A stretch of DNA of 64,000 nt from an uncultured bacterium (GCA_963786935.1 CAWBAN010000001.1:704001-768000); one strand, 5' to 3'. Shown: positions 18,740-29,137, numbered from the stretch's first letter. Translations and numbers: made by a program. Notes: generated by a model not told the origin, from the letters alone.

Positions 18740-20248
18740 ATGCGTGGATTCGAGCTGCAGAAATCGGAGCGGATCGCGCTCGTCGCCGTCCTCGCGGCCG
18801 CCCTGATCCTCAGGTTCTTCCGCCTGTCCCACCAGTCGCTCTGGGTCGACGAAATTCTCTCGTACAAGGCGTTCACGTCGGCCGCGGGAGTTCCCTACTG
18901 GAAGAAGCTCCTCTACGATGTGCACGGGCCGCTCTACTCCTTCGTCATGCATTTCTGGACCGCCGTCTCGAAATCCGATTTCTGGCTCAGGACCCCCAGC
19001 GCGATCGCGGGAGCGCTCGCCGTATACGCGCTGTACCGGTGGTTCGTGGAGATCGGGCGCAGGGACCTCGCCCTTCCGGCCGCGCTCTTCATGGCGCTGA
19101 GCCCGTTCCACCTCTACTATTCCCAGGAGGTCAGGTTCTATGCGTTCCTCTCGCTGTTTGCCGTGCTCTCGCTGATCGCGTACGAGCGGTTTCGCTCGGC
19201 GCCGAACGCGCGAAGCGGCGCCGTACTCGGCGCGGTTTTCGCGGGCGCGTGCCTTTCCCATTTTTCGGCGCTGTTTCTCGGCGCGGCGTTCGTCGTTCAC
19301 CTCGCCTGCACGGGACGGATGCGGGGGGCGCATCTGCGTTACGGCGCCCTCGCCGCGCTCATCGCGCTCGCCGCCGTTTCGCCCTGGATCTACCGGGAAG
19401 TCTGGTTTCTCCGGCAGATCCAGATCGTCGACATCTCGACCCTTCCCGTCGAGGAACGGCTGCGGGGCGAACTGACGATGAGCCGCTGGTCGTACCCGTA
19501 CGCCCTCTTCGCGTTTTCATCGGGATATTCCCTCGGTCCCGGGCTGCGCGAGCTCCACGGCGCGTCGTCCGTATCCGGGCTCTTCGCGCGGCATGCGCCG
19601 GCGATTATCGCGACCGGCCTCCTGTTCGGCGGGCTCGTCATCTCGGGGATCGTCCGTTCGGCGCGGCGGGGGCATCTGGGGCTCTTTCTGGCGGTCATGC
19701 TCGTCACGGTCGCCTCCGCCACCGTCGTCACCGCGTTCAACATCAAGGTGTTCAACGTGCGCTACCTCATGTGCGCGTTTCCGCTCTATCTGGCGCTCGT
19801 CGCCTACGGGCTTCCCGCCGGCGGGCGCGCGCGTCTCGCCGTCGGCGGCGCCGTCTGCGCGCTCATGCTGGTGTCCGACGCCAATTATCTCTTCAATCCG
19901 GCCTATTTCCGCGAAGACGTGCGGGGCGCGGCCGCCGTCGTCGCGTCGCGTGAGGAGCGCGGGGACCTGATCCTCGCGCCCGCCGTCGAGGAGGTGTTCG
20001 CCCACTATTACCGGGGGACGAACGCGATCCGGTTCATCGATCCTTCGGAGCTGGGAGTGGTCGGCACGGAGGAGGAAATCGCCCTCCGGTTCGAATCGCA
20101 CCCGCGAATCTGGTATCTCCGCAGCCGAAGCTGGGATAAGGACCCCGGCGGCATTCTCCCGCGCGCCCTGCCGGCGCAGGGCGACAGCGCGTACCGCTGG
20201 GCCGGCCCCGGCGTGGATTTGACCCTCTACATCAGGCGCGCGCGCTGA
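18740..20248 (+). CDS. GT-C fold glycosyltransferase (PMT/ArnT-like)
   Basis: SLWVDE, HGPLY, LRTPS, YYSQEVRFY; many TM helices. Confidence 0.85.
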   Translation: MRGFELQKSERIALVAVLAAALILRFFRLSHQSLWVDEILSYKAFTSAAGVPYWKKLLYDVHGPLYSFVMHFWTAVSKSDFWLRTPSAIAGALAVYALYRWFVEIGRRDLALPAALFMALSPFHLYYSQEVRFYAFLSLFAVLSLIAYERFRSAPNARSGAVLGAVFAGACLSHFSALFLGAAFVVHLACTGRMRGAHLRYGALAALIALAAVSPWIYREVWFLRQIQIVDISTLPVEERLRGELTMSRWSYPYALFAFSSGYSLGPGLRELHGASSVSGLFARHAPAIIATGLLFGGLVISGIVRSARRGHLGLFLAVMLVTVASATVVTAFNIKVFNVRYLMCAFPLYLALVAYGLPAGGRARLAVGGAVCALMLVSDANYLFNPAYFREDVRGAAAVVASREERGDLILAPAVEEVFAHYYRGTNAIRFIDPSELGVVGTEEEIALRFESHPRIWYLRSRSWDKDPGGILPRALPAQGDSAYRWAGPGVDLTLYIRRAR

Positions 20249-20274
20249 TTCGCGCCGCCGCGCCCGTGCCCCCA

Positions 20275-20302
20275 TTGACAGAACGTGGAACCGAGATATA
20301 CT
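20275..20302 (+). promoter_or_regulatory. Sigma70-type promoter
   Basis: TTGACA-N16-TATACT. Confidence 0.65.
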
Positions 20303-20308
20303 CGAGAT

Positions 20309-20415
20309 AGGGTCGGTATCATCAGGGAGGGTATCCCGTGATGAGCGAACGCCCGGATTCGACTGGACGTGCTCGAACAGCCATCGGCATCCGCCTGATG
20401 GCTTTTTGTTTTTTT
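20309..20415 (+). ncRNA. Candidate sRNA or structured leader/attenuator
   Basis: Bounded by the promoter above and an intrinsic terminator; two internal hairpins; family not recognised. Confidence 0.4.
20379..20415 (+). terminator. Intrinsic terminator
   Basis: AGCCATCGG/CTGATGGCT stem followed by TTTTGTTTTTTT. Confidence 0.75.
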
Positions 20416-20478
20416 CCGGATGGACCACGGATCGGGAACGGCTCCGCGCCGTTCCGGAATGCAAGGAGGCTCGCCGCT

Positions 20479-20922
20479 ATGAGAATGGTCTTGATCCTCT
20501 GCGTGTGCGCCGCGCTGGCCGCGTCTATCGGATGCTCGTGCGTCTCGACGGTCGAGCGGGTCAACCGGACGCCGGTCGAGAGCAGGGAGGACTACATCAA
20601 GGCGCATCCGAATTGCGCGTTCAGCGAGAGCATCGTGAACGGGGAGATCGTGCGCGGCATGTGCGCGCCCGAGGTGATCGCCTCGTGGGGCCTTCCGAAC
20701 GTCTATGCCGTCACCCGATCGTCCCCGACGGAACAATGGATCTATTACCTCAAGGATCGCGATTCGCTCACGATGCTCATCTACACGCTGACCTTCGCCG
20801 ACGATACCCTGCAGGTGTGGGATATCGATCAAAAGCGGTTCGTGGGGCAGGGGATCGTCTCGACCGAGGACCTCAAGGAAGGCGCGTCGTCGGCCGCCGT
20901 CGACGATCAGAAGAGGCGGTAG
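20479..20922 (+). CDS. Lipoprotein with BamE/SmpA-like pattern
   Basis: AAGGAGG RBS, ASIGC lipobox, GMxxxEVxxxWGxP...EQWIY. Confidence 0.65.
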   Translation: MRMVLILCVCAALAASIGCSCVSTVERVNRTPVESREDYIKAHPNCAFSESIVNGEIVRGMCAPEVIASWGLPNVYAVTRSSPTEQWIYYLKDRDSLTMLIYTLTFADDTLQVWDIDQKRFVGQGIVSTEDLKEGASSAAVDDQKRR

Positions 20923-20983
20923 GGCGAGGGCGGCCGGAACCGACGGGGGAAAGGGCCGTCCGAGCGGCTCCATGGCTCGGGGG

Positions 20984-21015
20984 GGGCCGTGCCTGATTCC
21001 GGCGCGGCCCTTTTT
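20984..21015 (+). terminator. Intrinsic terminator
   Basis: GGGCCGTGCC/GGCGCGGCCC stem followed by TTTTT. Confidence 0.65.
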
Positions 21016-21019
21016 CAAA

Positions 21020-21048
21020 TTGACACGAATCCTCCTCCAAACTATCCT
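21020..21048 (+). promoter_or_regulatory. Sigma70-type promoter for hsp20-lon
   Basis: TTGACA-N17-TATCCT. Confidence 0.65.
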
Positions 21049-21101
21049 CACACCTGATTGCGCGGAGCGGGCGAATGCTTCCCGGGAAAGGATGCTGCGC
21101 C

Positions 21102-21548
21102 ATGATCGTCAAGCGTCTTCGGCTCGCCGAAGAGGATGAACGGGATCCGCTGCGAGACTCGTTCGGCCTGTTCTCGGGCGAGCGCTCGGGGCGAGGAGCG
21201 ATGCGGATCCACTCGGACCTCACGTGGGCGCCGCCGACCGATATCGTCGAAACCGAGGATGAGATCGTCGTCACCGTGGACATCGCCGGCATGACGGGGA
21301 AGGACATCAGCGTGGTGACCGACGGGAAGGTCCTCCGGATCAACGGCACGAGACGGAGTCCCACCGCGCAGGGAGCGAAGCAATTTCATATGCTCGAAAT
21401 CCAGTGCGGGCCGTTCGAGCGCGCCGTCGAGCTTCCGGGCCGCGTCGATCCGGCGAAGGTATCGGCCCACTATTCGAAAGGCATGCTCCAGATACGGATC
21501 CGCAAGCTCGATCCCGCGGAGTACGTGAAAAAAGTGGAGATCGAGTGA
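21102..21548 (+). CDS. Hsp20/alpha-crystallin small heat-shock protein
   Basis: WAPPTDIVET, DIAGM, GPFERAVELP, AHYSKGML. Confidence 0.9.
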   Translation: MIVKRLRLAEEDERDPLRDSFGLFSGERSGRGAMRIHSDLTWAPPTDIVETEDEIVVTVDIAGMTGKDISVVTDGKVLRINGTRRSPTAQGAKQFHMLEIQCGPFERAVELPGRVDPAKVSAHYSKGMLQIRIRKLDPAEYVKKVEIE

Positions 21549-21571
21549 AACCGTCGCGGCGAAGCTATCGA

Positions 21572-23959
21572 ATGGGTTCCGAAGCCGACGCCATAGCCGA
21601 GGGGAACGACCTTCTTCGCGAGATTCCGGAAGAGCTCGCGATCATTCCCATCAACGACGCCGTCGTCTTCCCCTACATGCTCATTCCGCTCATCCTCACC
21701 GATACGAATCTCATCCGGCTCGTCGACGAGGCGCTCGCAGGGAGCAAGATCATCGGCGTGTTCACGCAGTCCGACAAGGCGGTGCAGACCCCCGGCCCGG
21801 ACGATATCTACCGCACGGGCTGCGCCCTGCTCATCCAGAAGATGGCGCGATTCCCCGACGGCCACGTCCGGATCATCGGCCAGGGGCTCGCGCGCATTTC
21901 GATCAGGCAATTCACCGACGAGCTGCCGTTCATGCGCGCGCGCGTCGCCATTCTCCCCGAGGAAGACCCGAAGGACGACCGGACGAAGGCGCTCATGCGG
22001 AACGTGGTCTCCGCCTTCTTCACGATCGTCGATTCGTCCGAGAGCTATCCGGAGGAGACGAAGGGAATCGTCTCGAGCATCAAGAGCGCGGGACGATTGG
22101 CCGACATGCTCACGGCGAACCTCGCCATGGAGGTCGCCGACAAGCAGAAGGTGCTCGAGATCCTCGATCCGGTGAAGCGGCTCGGGTTCATCTACGAATT
22201 CATCACGGGGGAGCTCGAGATCGTGAAGATCGGGGAGAAGATCAAGCGGGATGTCCGCAAGGAGATGGACAAGGAGCAGCGCGAGTATTTCCTCAGACAG
22301 CAGATCAGGGCGATCCAGAAGGAGCTCGGCGAGGAGGACGCCGGCCTCGAGATGGACGAGCTGAAGGAGCGGATCGACGCCGCGGAGATGCCGGCGGCCG
22401 CTCGGGAGGCGGCGCTCAAGGAATGGGGGCGGCTGCGCAAGATGTCGTCGAGCTCCGCCGAGTACGTCGTTGTCCGCACGTACCTCGACTGGTTCCTCGA
22501 GCTCCCGTGGGAGCGTTCGACCCGCGACATCCTCGATATCGAGCGCGCCCGGCGCATCCTGGACGCCGACCACTACGATCTCGATCAGGTGAAGGAGCGC
22601 ATTCTCGAGTTCCTCTCGGTGAAGAAGCTCAAACGGAGCCTCAAAGGATCGATCCTGTGCTTCGTCGGGCCGCCCGGCGTCGGGAAGACCTCGCTCGGCA
22701 AGAGCATTGCGAGCGCGCTCGGCCGCACCTTCGTGCGCATGTCCCTCGGGGGGATCAAGGACGAGGCTGAAATACGGGGGCATCGGCGCACGTACATCGG
22801 CGCGCTCCCCGGCAAGATCATCCAGGGGATCCGCACCGCCGGCAGCAACAACCCCGTCTTCATGCTCGACGAGATCGACAAGCTCGGAAACGATTTTCGG
22901 GGGGATCCCGCCTCCGCGTTGCTCGAGGTGCTCGATCCCGAGCAGAACAATTCGTTCGAGGATCATTACATCAATATCCCGTTCGACCTTTCGCGCGTCA
23001 TGTTCATCACGACGGCGAACGTACGCGACACCATCCCCGCGCCGCTTCTCGACCGGATGGAGGTGCTCGAGCTTCCCGGCTACATCACGTACGAGAAGAC
23101 GAGGATCGCCAAGCGCTTTCTCATCCCGCGCCAGCTGTCGGAGACGGGCGTGCCGGCGCGGAAGCTCCTCATCACGGACGACGCGATCGCGCGGATCGTC
23201 GAGCGCTACACGCGGGAAGCGGGAGTGCGCAATCTCGAGCGACGCATCGCCGCGATCGCGCGCAAGAGCGCGCGGAAGCTCGTCGAGCGCCGGCGGGGTC
23301 CGTTCCGCGTCACGCCGGCGAATCTGAAGAGCTGGCTCGGCCCCGAGGAGTATCCCGAGGAGGAGATGCGCCCCGTCCCGGCGGTGGGCGTTTCGACCGG
23401 TATGGCGCGGTCCGCGGCGGGCGGGACGATTCTGTTCATCGAAGCGATCACGGTGACGGGCGGCGGCAAGCTCAAGCTCACGGGGAGCCTCGGCGAGGTC
23501 ATGAAGGAATCCGCCGAGGCCGCGCTGAGCTTCGTGAAATCGAAATACGGGGGGAACGGCGGCCGGTCTTCGTTCTTCGACCGCTTCGACATCCATCTCC
23601 ACGTGCCGGCCGGCGCGGTGCCGAAGGACGGCCCGAGCGCGGGGGTGCCCATCGCGGCGGCGCTCGCCTCGCTCGCCTTGAACCGGGCCGTCCGGAACGA
23701 CGTGGCCATGACGGGGGAAGTGACGCTGACGGGCAAGGTGCTTCCGGTCGGCGCGATCAAGGAGAAGGTCATCGCGGCGAACCGGGCCGGCATCCGCGAG
23801 ATCGTGCTGCCGCGCCTGAACGAGAAGGATCTCGAGGAAATTCCCGAGCGGATCATGCGGGGCATGCGGTTCCGTTTCATCGAGCGGGTCGACGAGGGGC
23901 TGGCGTTCGCGCTCGTCCCCGGAACGCCGCGGCGGTCATCGCGGCAAAGGCGGCGATAA
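21572..23959 (+). CDS. lon: ATP-dependent Lon protease (alternative GTG start 21545)
   Basis: LON N domain, GPPGVGKTS, MLDEIDK, KDGPSAG catalytic Ser, IKEK. Confidence 0.96.
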   Translation: MGSEADAIAEGNDLLREIPEELAIIPINDAVVFPYMLIPLILTDTNLIRLVDEALAGSKIIGVFTQSDKAVQTPGPDDIYRTGCALLIQKMARFPDGHVRIIGQGLARISIRQFTDELPFMRARVAILPEEDPKDDRTKALMRNVVSAFFTIVDSSESYPEETKGIVSSIKSAGRLADMLTANLAMEVADKQKVLEILDPVKRLGFIYEFITGELEIVKIGEKIKRDVRKEMDKEQREYFLRQQIRAIQKELGEEDAGLEMDELKERIDAAEMPAAAREAALKEWGRLRKMSSSSAEYVVVRTYLDWFLELPWERSTRDILDIERARRILDADHYDLDQVKERILEFLSVKKLKRSLKGSILCFVGPPGVGKTSLGKSIASALGRTFVRMSLGGIKDEAEIRGHRRTYIGALPGKIIQGIRTAGSNNPVFMLDEIDKLGNDFRGDPASALLEVLDPEQNNSFEDHYINIPFDLSRVMFITTANVRDTIPAPLLDRMEVLELPGYITYEKTRIAKRFLIPRQLSETGVPARKLLITDDAIARIVERYTREAGVRNLERRIAAIARKSARKLVERRRGPFRVTPANLKSWLGPEEYPEEEMRPVPAVGVSTGMARSAAGGTILFIEAITVTGGGKLKLTGSLGEVMKESAEAALSFVKSKYGGNGGRSSFFDRFDIHLHVPAGAVPKDGPSAGVPIAAALASLALNRAVRNDVAMTGEVTLTGKVLPVGAIKEKVIAANRAGIREIVLPRLNEKDLEEIPERIMRGMRFRFIERVDEGLAFALVPGTPRRSSRQRRR

Positions 23960-25065
23960 TGCGAGAACGTGAGGACGGACGGGACCTCGTTCCCCGCATT
24001 GTCTCCTATTTCGCGAGGAGCGTCGGGAAATCGCGCGCGTTCCATCTCCCCGCCGACATCGCCAACGCCTCGTCGCTCATCTTCATCGATTCGGGCGACG
24101 TCGTCGATCTCCTCTTCGCGGCGCCGGTCATCAATTTCTTCGCGACGCATTTTCCGCTGATCAAAACGACGTTCCTCGTGCGGAGCGCCGACGCGGAGCT
24201 CGTGAAGGGGCTCATGCGCGTGAACGCGATCATCTCCTACGAGCCCCGGCAGCTGAAGCTCTATTCGGCCGACTATCTCGCGCTCACGCGGAAGCTCAGG
24301 AATAAGAAGATCGACATCGCGATCCTCTTCGACCGCGGCTATTCCCTCGAGCGCCACCTGCTCGCGTTCGCGATCGGCGCGCCGATACGCATCGGATTCG
24401 CGCATCCGCTCGCGTTCCCGTTCCTCAACTGCGAAATCCGTCTCTCCGACGGGCAGTACGAGGGGAAGAAGATGCCGCGGATCCTGCAGTCGATCGGCCT
24501 CAAGCTCGAGGAGGGATGGGACGCGGTGACGCTCGTGCCGCGCGACGTGCAGCACGCCCGCCAGCTGAAGCACTTCTGGAAGCCGGAGAAGGACCTGCTC
24601 ATGGTCGGGCTCGATCCGAGCGGCAGCAAAACGAGGCACCACGTCATACCGGAGATCATCGCCTACCTCGCGAACAATCTCGCGAGCCGCCGGCGCGCGA
24701 AGTTCCTCATTTTCGCGAATCCATGGGACGAGAAGCTCGTCCGGGGCCTCACCGCGGAGCTCAAGGGGGATGTGATCGACCTGAAACCGGAGAGCGCCGG
24801 CGAAACGGTCGCGCTGCTCTCCCAGTGCGACCTGTTCCTCTCCGGCAACACGAATCTCTTCCATTTCGCGGCGGCCCTCAAGGTGCCGACGATCGGGCTG
24901 TTCACGAAGATCGATCGATCGGGGTGGATTCCGGAGAACGCGCCGAACGTGAGGATATTCCAGGGAACGCGCGGGGAGAAGCTGTCCCTCAAGGACTTCT
25001 TCCACATCGTCGAAGAGGTGCTCGCCACGCGGAGCGGGGCTCCGGCGGAGCACGAACGCCCGTGA
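23959..25065 (+). CDS. Glycosyltransferase family 9 (heptosyltransferase-like), divergent
   Basis: GT9 layout, RIGF, FHFAAALKVPTIGLF; usual DSG motif reads NTN. Confidence 0.75.
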   Translation: MREREDGRDLVPRIVSYFARSVGKSRAFHLPADIANASSLIFIDSGDVVDLLFAAPVINFFATHFPLIKTTFLVRSADAELVKGLMRVNAIISYEPRQLKLYSADYLALTRKLRNKKIDIAILFDRGYSLERHLLAFAIGAPIRIGFAHPLAFPFLNCEIRLSDGQYEGKKMPRILQSIGLKLEEGWDAVTLVPRDVQHARQLKHFWKPEKDLLMVGLDPSGSKTRHHVIPEIIAYLANNLASRRRAKFLIFANPWDEKLVRGLTAELKGDVIDLKPESAGETVALLSQCDLFLSGNTNLFHFAAALKVPTIGLFTKIDRSGWIPENAPNVRIFQGTRGEKLSLKDFFHIVEEVLATRSGAPAEHERP

Positions 25066-25080
25066 GGGGGAGATGACGCC

Positions 25081-26937
25081 GTGCCGCTCGTCCGTCCCAA
25101 CAATACCTACGCGAGACTGCTCCGCTATCTCGTGCCGATGTGGCGGCGCCTCGCGATCCTCTTCGCCGTCACCGCGCTGTTCGCCGCGCTCAGCGGCGTC
25201 TCGCTCGGGCTCATCCCGCCGTTTCTCCACATCCTGTTCGGCGAGGGCGCGGCGCCGGATATCACGGCGCAGGTGTCGTCGGAGCGCGGCATACCGCTCC
25301 CCGATTCATGGGAGCGGGGGAAGACGGCCGTGCTCGGCGCGGCGGACGGCTTCATCTACCGCGGCACGCCCGTCGAGCGGCTCGGCCGGTTCTGCGTCGT
25401 CTTTCTCGCGCTCATGCTCGTCAAGAACATGTTCGGGTATCTGAGCATGTACATGACGATCAGCCTCGAGCAGTCGGTGCTCTTCCGCGTGAGGGACGAC
25501 CTGTACAGCAAGACGCAGATGCTGCCCCTCTCGTTCTTCGATCGCGAAAAGACGGGGCATCTCATCTCGCGCATCACGAACGACGTGACGAACCTGCGCG
25601 GCATCGTGGTGGGCTCGCTCACGAGCATCGTCCAGAACGGGCTCATGGCGGCGATCGCGATCGCGATCGTGTTCCTCACGTCCTGGAAGCTGTCCCTCCT
25701 CACGCTCATCCTCCTGCCGACGAACATCACGCTTATCGGCATCATCAGCCGGAAGCTCCGCAAGAAGAGCATGCGCGCGCAGGAGCGGATGGCCGACATG
25801 ACCTCGGTGCTGCAGGAGACGATATCGGGCGTGCGGGTCGTGAAGGCGTTCGGCATGGAGGATTTCGAGAAGAAGAAGTTCCACGAGTTCAACCGGCGGC
25901 ACTTCAAGGAGTATCTCCGGATGCGCCGCCTCGCGGAGCTCGCCTCGCCGACGAGCGAAACGCTCGGCACGGTCGCCGCCGTCGTCATCATCTGGTACGG
26001 CGGGAAGCTCGTCCTCCACGAGAACCTCGATCCGGCGAACCTCATGCTGTTCATCGGGGCGATGCTGTGGGTCATCGCTCCGGTCAAGAACCTGAGCAAG
26101 CTCAACAGCACGGTCAACGAGGGGCTCGCGTCGGGGGACCGGATTTTCCAGATTCTCGATATTCCGTCGGAGCACGAGGAATCGGGCTCGGTGCTGATCG
26201 ACGACTTCCGCGACGAGATCGTCTACGATCATGTCACCTTCAGCTACGGCAACGACATCGACGTGCTCCGCGACGTCAGCTTCCGCATCAAGCGCGGGGA
26301 GGTCGTCGCCGTCGTGGGGCCGAGCGGTTCCGGCAAATCGACCGTCGCGGACCTTCTTCCCCGCTTTTACCGGCCCACGGGAGGGAGGATCCTCATCGAC
26401 GGGGTCGACATCGCGAGCGTATCGATTCCCTCGCTCCGCTCGCTGATGGGGATCGTCACGCAGGAAACCATTCTCTTCAACGACTCGATCTTCAACAACA
26501 TCGCCTACGGCATGGAAAACTGCCCCGAAGCGGACGTCGTCCGCGCGGCGAGGGCGGCGAACGCGCACGAGTTCATCCTCGCCGCCCCGCAGGGCTACCG
26601 GACGGTCATCGGCGACCGGGGCGTGCAGCTCTCGGGGGGACAGCGCCAGCGAATCGCCATCGCGCGGGCCCTTCTCAAGAATCCGAAGATCCTCATTCTC
26701 GATGAAGCGACGAGCTCCCTCGACGTCGAGAGCGAGACGCTCGTGCAGGAAGCGATCGACCGGCTCATGAAGGGACGGACGAACTTCGTCATCGCCCACC
26801 GTCTTTCCACGATACGGAACGCCGATCGGATCATCGTCATCGAGGACGGGCGGATCAGGCAGATCGGCACCCACGAGGAGTTGATCGGTGCTGAAGGGAT
26901 CTACCGGAAGCTCTACCACATGCACGCAAAGCCGTGA
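25081..26937 (+). CDS. msbA: Lipid A-core flippase-type ABC transporter
   Basis: ABC TM domain plus GPSGSGKST, LSGGQRQR, ILDEATS, IAHRLST; lies between GT9 genes. Confidence 0.85.
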   Translation: MPLVRPNNTYARLLRYLVPMWRRLAILFAVTALFAALSGVSLGLIPPFLHILFGEGAAPDITAQVSSERGIPLPDSWERGKTAVLGAADGFIYRGTPVERLGRFCVVFLALMLVKNMFGYLSMYMTISLEQSVLFRVRDDLYSKTQMLPLSFFDREKTGHLISRITNDVTNLRGIVVGSLTSIVQNGLMAAIAIAIVFLTSWKLSLLTLILLPTNITLIGIISRKLRKKSMRAQERMADMTSVLQETISGVRVVKAFGMEDFEKKKFHEFNRRHFKEYLRMRRLAELASPTSETLGTVAAVVIIWYGGKLVLHENLDPANLMLFIGAMLWVIAPVKNLSKLNSTVNEGLASGDRIFQILDIPSEHEESGSVLIDDFRDEIVYDHVTFSYGNDIDVLRDVSFRIKRGEVVAVVGPSGSGKSTVADLLPRFYRPTGGRILIDGVDIASVSIPSLRSLMGIVTQETILFNDSIFNNIAYGMENCPEADVVRAARAANAHEFILAAPQGYRTVIGDRGVQLSGGQRQRIAIARALLKNPKILILDEATSSLDVESETLVQEAIDRLMKGRTNFVIAHRLSTIRNADRIIVIEDGRIRQIGTHEELIGAEGIYRKLYHMHAKP

Positions 26938-27967
26938 GGCGATCCTCGTCATCGCTCCGACCTGGCTGGGGGACGCCGTTATGGCGACCTCCTTTCTCGC
27001 CGCGCTCCGCGCGCGGCGGCCGGACGCCGCCGTCGCCGTTCTCTGCGGGGAATACGCGGCGGAGATCTTCCGGCGGAGCCCCGCGATAGATTCGCTCGTC
27101 GAATACCGGGGGAGAGGCATTCGGACGCGCATCGCGGCGGCGCGCGCGGCGTCGCGCGGCGCCGGCGGGTTCGACGTCTGCTTCGTTCTCCCGCCGTCCC
27201 TCTCTTCGGCGATCGTCGCCCGCGGCTCCGGCGCGCGCCGGAGGCTGGGCTACGGGGGGCAGGGGAGGCGGGTCTTCCTCACCGATACGCTCCCCGCATC
27301 GGGGTATCGGGACGGCCACCTCTCGTCGGCCTACCTGAGACTCCTCGAGCGGTACACGGGGCGTCCCGAGCATCGTACGCCGCTCCCGGCGATCGTTCCG
27401 CCTCCTTCATGGAGGGAGACGTCGCGCGCGATCGGCGGGGGAGAGCGATATTTCGTCATCGCGCCCGGAGCGACGTACGGTTCGGCGAAGGTGTGGCCGC
27501 ACGAGCGCTACGCGGCGCTCTCGCGGATGCTCCTGAGCCGGTTGGGGGGAGCGGCGGTCATCGTGGGGAGGGGAGCGGAACGGGAGGGAGCGGCCGCGCT
27601 CGCGGCGCTCATCGGTCCCGCCGCGCGGAATCTCGCGGGCGCGCTCCCGCTGGAATCGCTCATCGCGGCGCTCCGCGGCGCTGCCGTCGTGATCGGGAAC
27701 GACAGCGGCCCCGTGCACGTCGCGTCCGCGCTCGGCGTGCCGGTCGTGGCCGTCTTCGGGCCGACGAGCGCCGAATGGACCGCCCCGCGCGGCCCCGCGG
27801 TCCGCGTCATTCGGGACGATGTCGAGTGCGCGCCCTGCTTCAAGCGCGAATGCCCCTCCGGGGAGCCTCGGTGCCTCGCCGGGATCGCGGCCGAGAGGGT
27901 TCACGACGCGGCGCTGGAGCTCGCCGACGCGCATGCGGGAGGGGCCGGCGATGAATCTCGACGATGA
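26934..27967 (+). CDS. waaF: Lipopolysaccharide heptosyltransferase II (start uncertain: GTG 26888, or GTG 26934 with a 1-nt deletion)
   Basis: ILVIAPTWLGDAVM, APGATYGSAKVW, NDSGPVH, FGPT, CAPCFKRECP. Confidence 0.85.
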
Positions 27968-29015
27968 GGCGCGGCGGGAAGGGACGCCGCTCAGAATACT
28001 CATCACGAGGCTGCGATATCTCGGCGACGTGATTCTCACCACGCCCGCCGTCGCGGCGCTCAAGGCGCGCTATCCCGCGGCCGCGATCGATTACGCGACG
28101 GAGCTTCCCTACGCCGATATTCTGGAAGGGAATCCCGCTATCGGCCGCGTCATACGCCTCTCCCGGAGCGCGGCTCGGGCGCCTGCCGAGATTGCGCGGA
28201 TCCGGGGGCTCCGCTACACGGCGTGCATCGATCTCTTTCACAACCCGCGCAGCGCGCTGCTGCTCTTCCTCGCGGGAATCCCGATACGGGCGGGGGGCGC
28301 GCGGGGGATACGGAGCGGGCTCTACACGCACCGGTTCGCCGTTCCGGCCGAAACGCGGAGCGCGGTTTCGCACCATATCGCGGCGATGGGCGTGTTCGAC
28401 GTCGGACCGGGGGATTCGCTCCCGCGCGTGTACCTCTCGCCGGATGAGCGGGAAGCGGGCCGGGAGCTTCTCGATCGCGCGGCGGGGGAGCGCGCGCCCG
28501 GCGGCCCGATCGTCGCGATCCATCCCGGCGGCACGTGGCAGTCGAAGCGATGGCCGGCGGCCTCGTTCGCCTCGTTCGCGCTGCTCGTTCGCGAGCGGCT
28601 CGGCGGCACCGCCGTCGTCGTCACGGGGCCGGGAGAGGAAGCGATCGCGGCGCGCGTTCAAGCGGCGGCGCCGGAGGCCGCGAGGGTGATGCCGTATCGG
28701 CCCCTGCGGGGGATCGCGTCCGTTCTCGCCTCGTGCGACGCCGTGGTGGCCAATGACGGCGGGCTCATGCATATGGCGGTCGCGCTCGGGCGGCCGACGG
28801 TCGGCGTGTTCGGCCCGACCGAGCCGGACATATGGTTTCCGTACGAGGGGAAGGGCCCCTTCGCCGTCGCGAGCCGCCGGCTGGAGTGTTCGCCGTGCCA
28901 CCGGCATGAATGCGGGAGCATCGAATGCCTCGAAGGCCTCGATCCGGCGGACGTGCTCGAGCATCTCAGAATGGTTCTCCTCTGGAATAAGCCGGAGGGA
29001 AGGGCGAATTCATGA
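27951..29015 (+). CDS. Glycosyltransferase family 9 (LPS heptosyltransferase)
   Basis: RLRYLGDVILTTP, HPGG, KRW, NDGGLMH, FGPT, CSPC. Confidence 0.88.
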   Translation: MNLDDEARREGTPLRILITRLRYLGDVILTTPAVAALKARYPAAAIDYATELPYADILEGNPAIGRVIRLSRSAARAPAEIARIRGLRYTACIDLFHNPRSALLLFLAGIPIRAGGARGIRSGLYTHRFAVPAETRSAVSHHIAAMGVFDVGPGDSLPRVYLSPDEREAGRELLDRAAGERAPGGPIVAIHPGGTWQSKRWPAASFASFALLVRERLGGTAVVVTGPGEEAIAARVQAAAPEAARVMPYRPLRGIASVLASCDAVVANDGGLMHMAVALGRPTVGVFGPTEPDIWFPYEGKGPFAVASRRLECSPCHRHECGSIECLEGLDPADVLEHLRMVLLWNKPEGRANS

Positions 29016-29137
29016 CGCGCGGACGAGGATTCAGGGCTATCGTGCACGGCAATTGCACGGCGATAAGCGGGAAGCGAATGGCCCGCTGTTGAATGTTCGG
29101 TTGAAAGAGTCAGTTATTGATTAAACAATAAGGTGTT

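Noticed and set aside
20338..20478. N-terminal extension of the lipoprotein ORF from 20338
   Set aside because: Crosses an intrinsic terminator; a strong RBS and signal peptide point to ATG 20479
23206..25230. Long antisense and alternate-frame ORFs (also 21470-23602, 25306-27132, 32965-35376, 41626-44307)
   Set aside because: Shadows of well-supported genes in high-GC DNA; Arg/Pro/Ala-rich, no recognisable motifs
29041..29060. Sigma54-like site GTGCACGGCAATTGCA before DUF3108
   Set aside because: Lacks the invariant -24 GG
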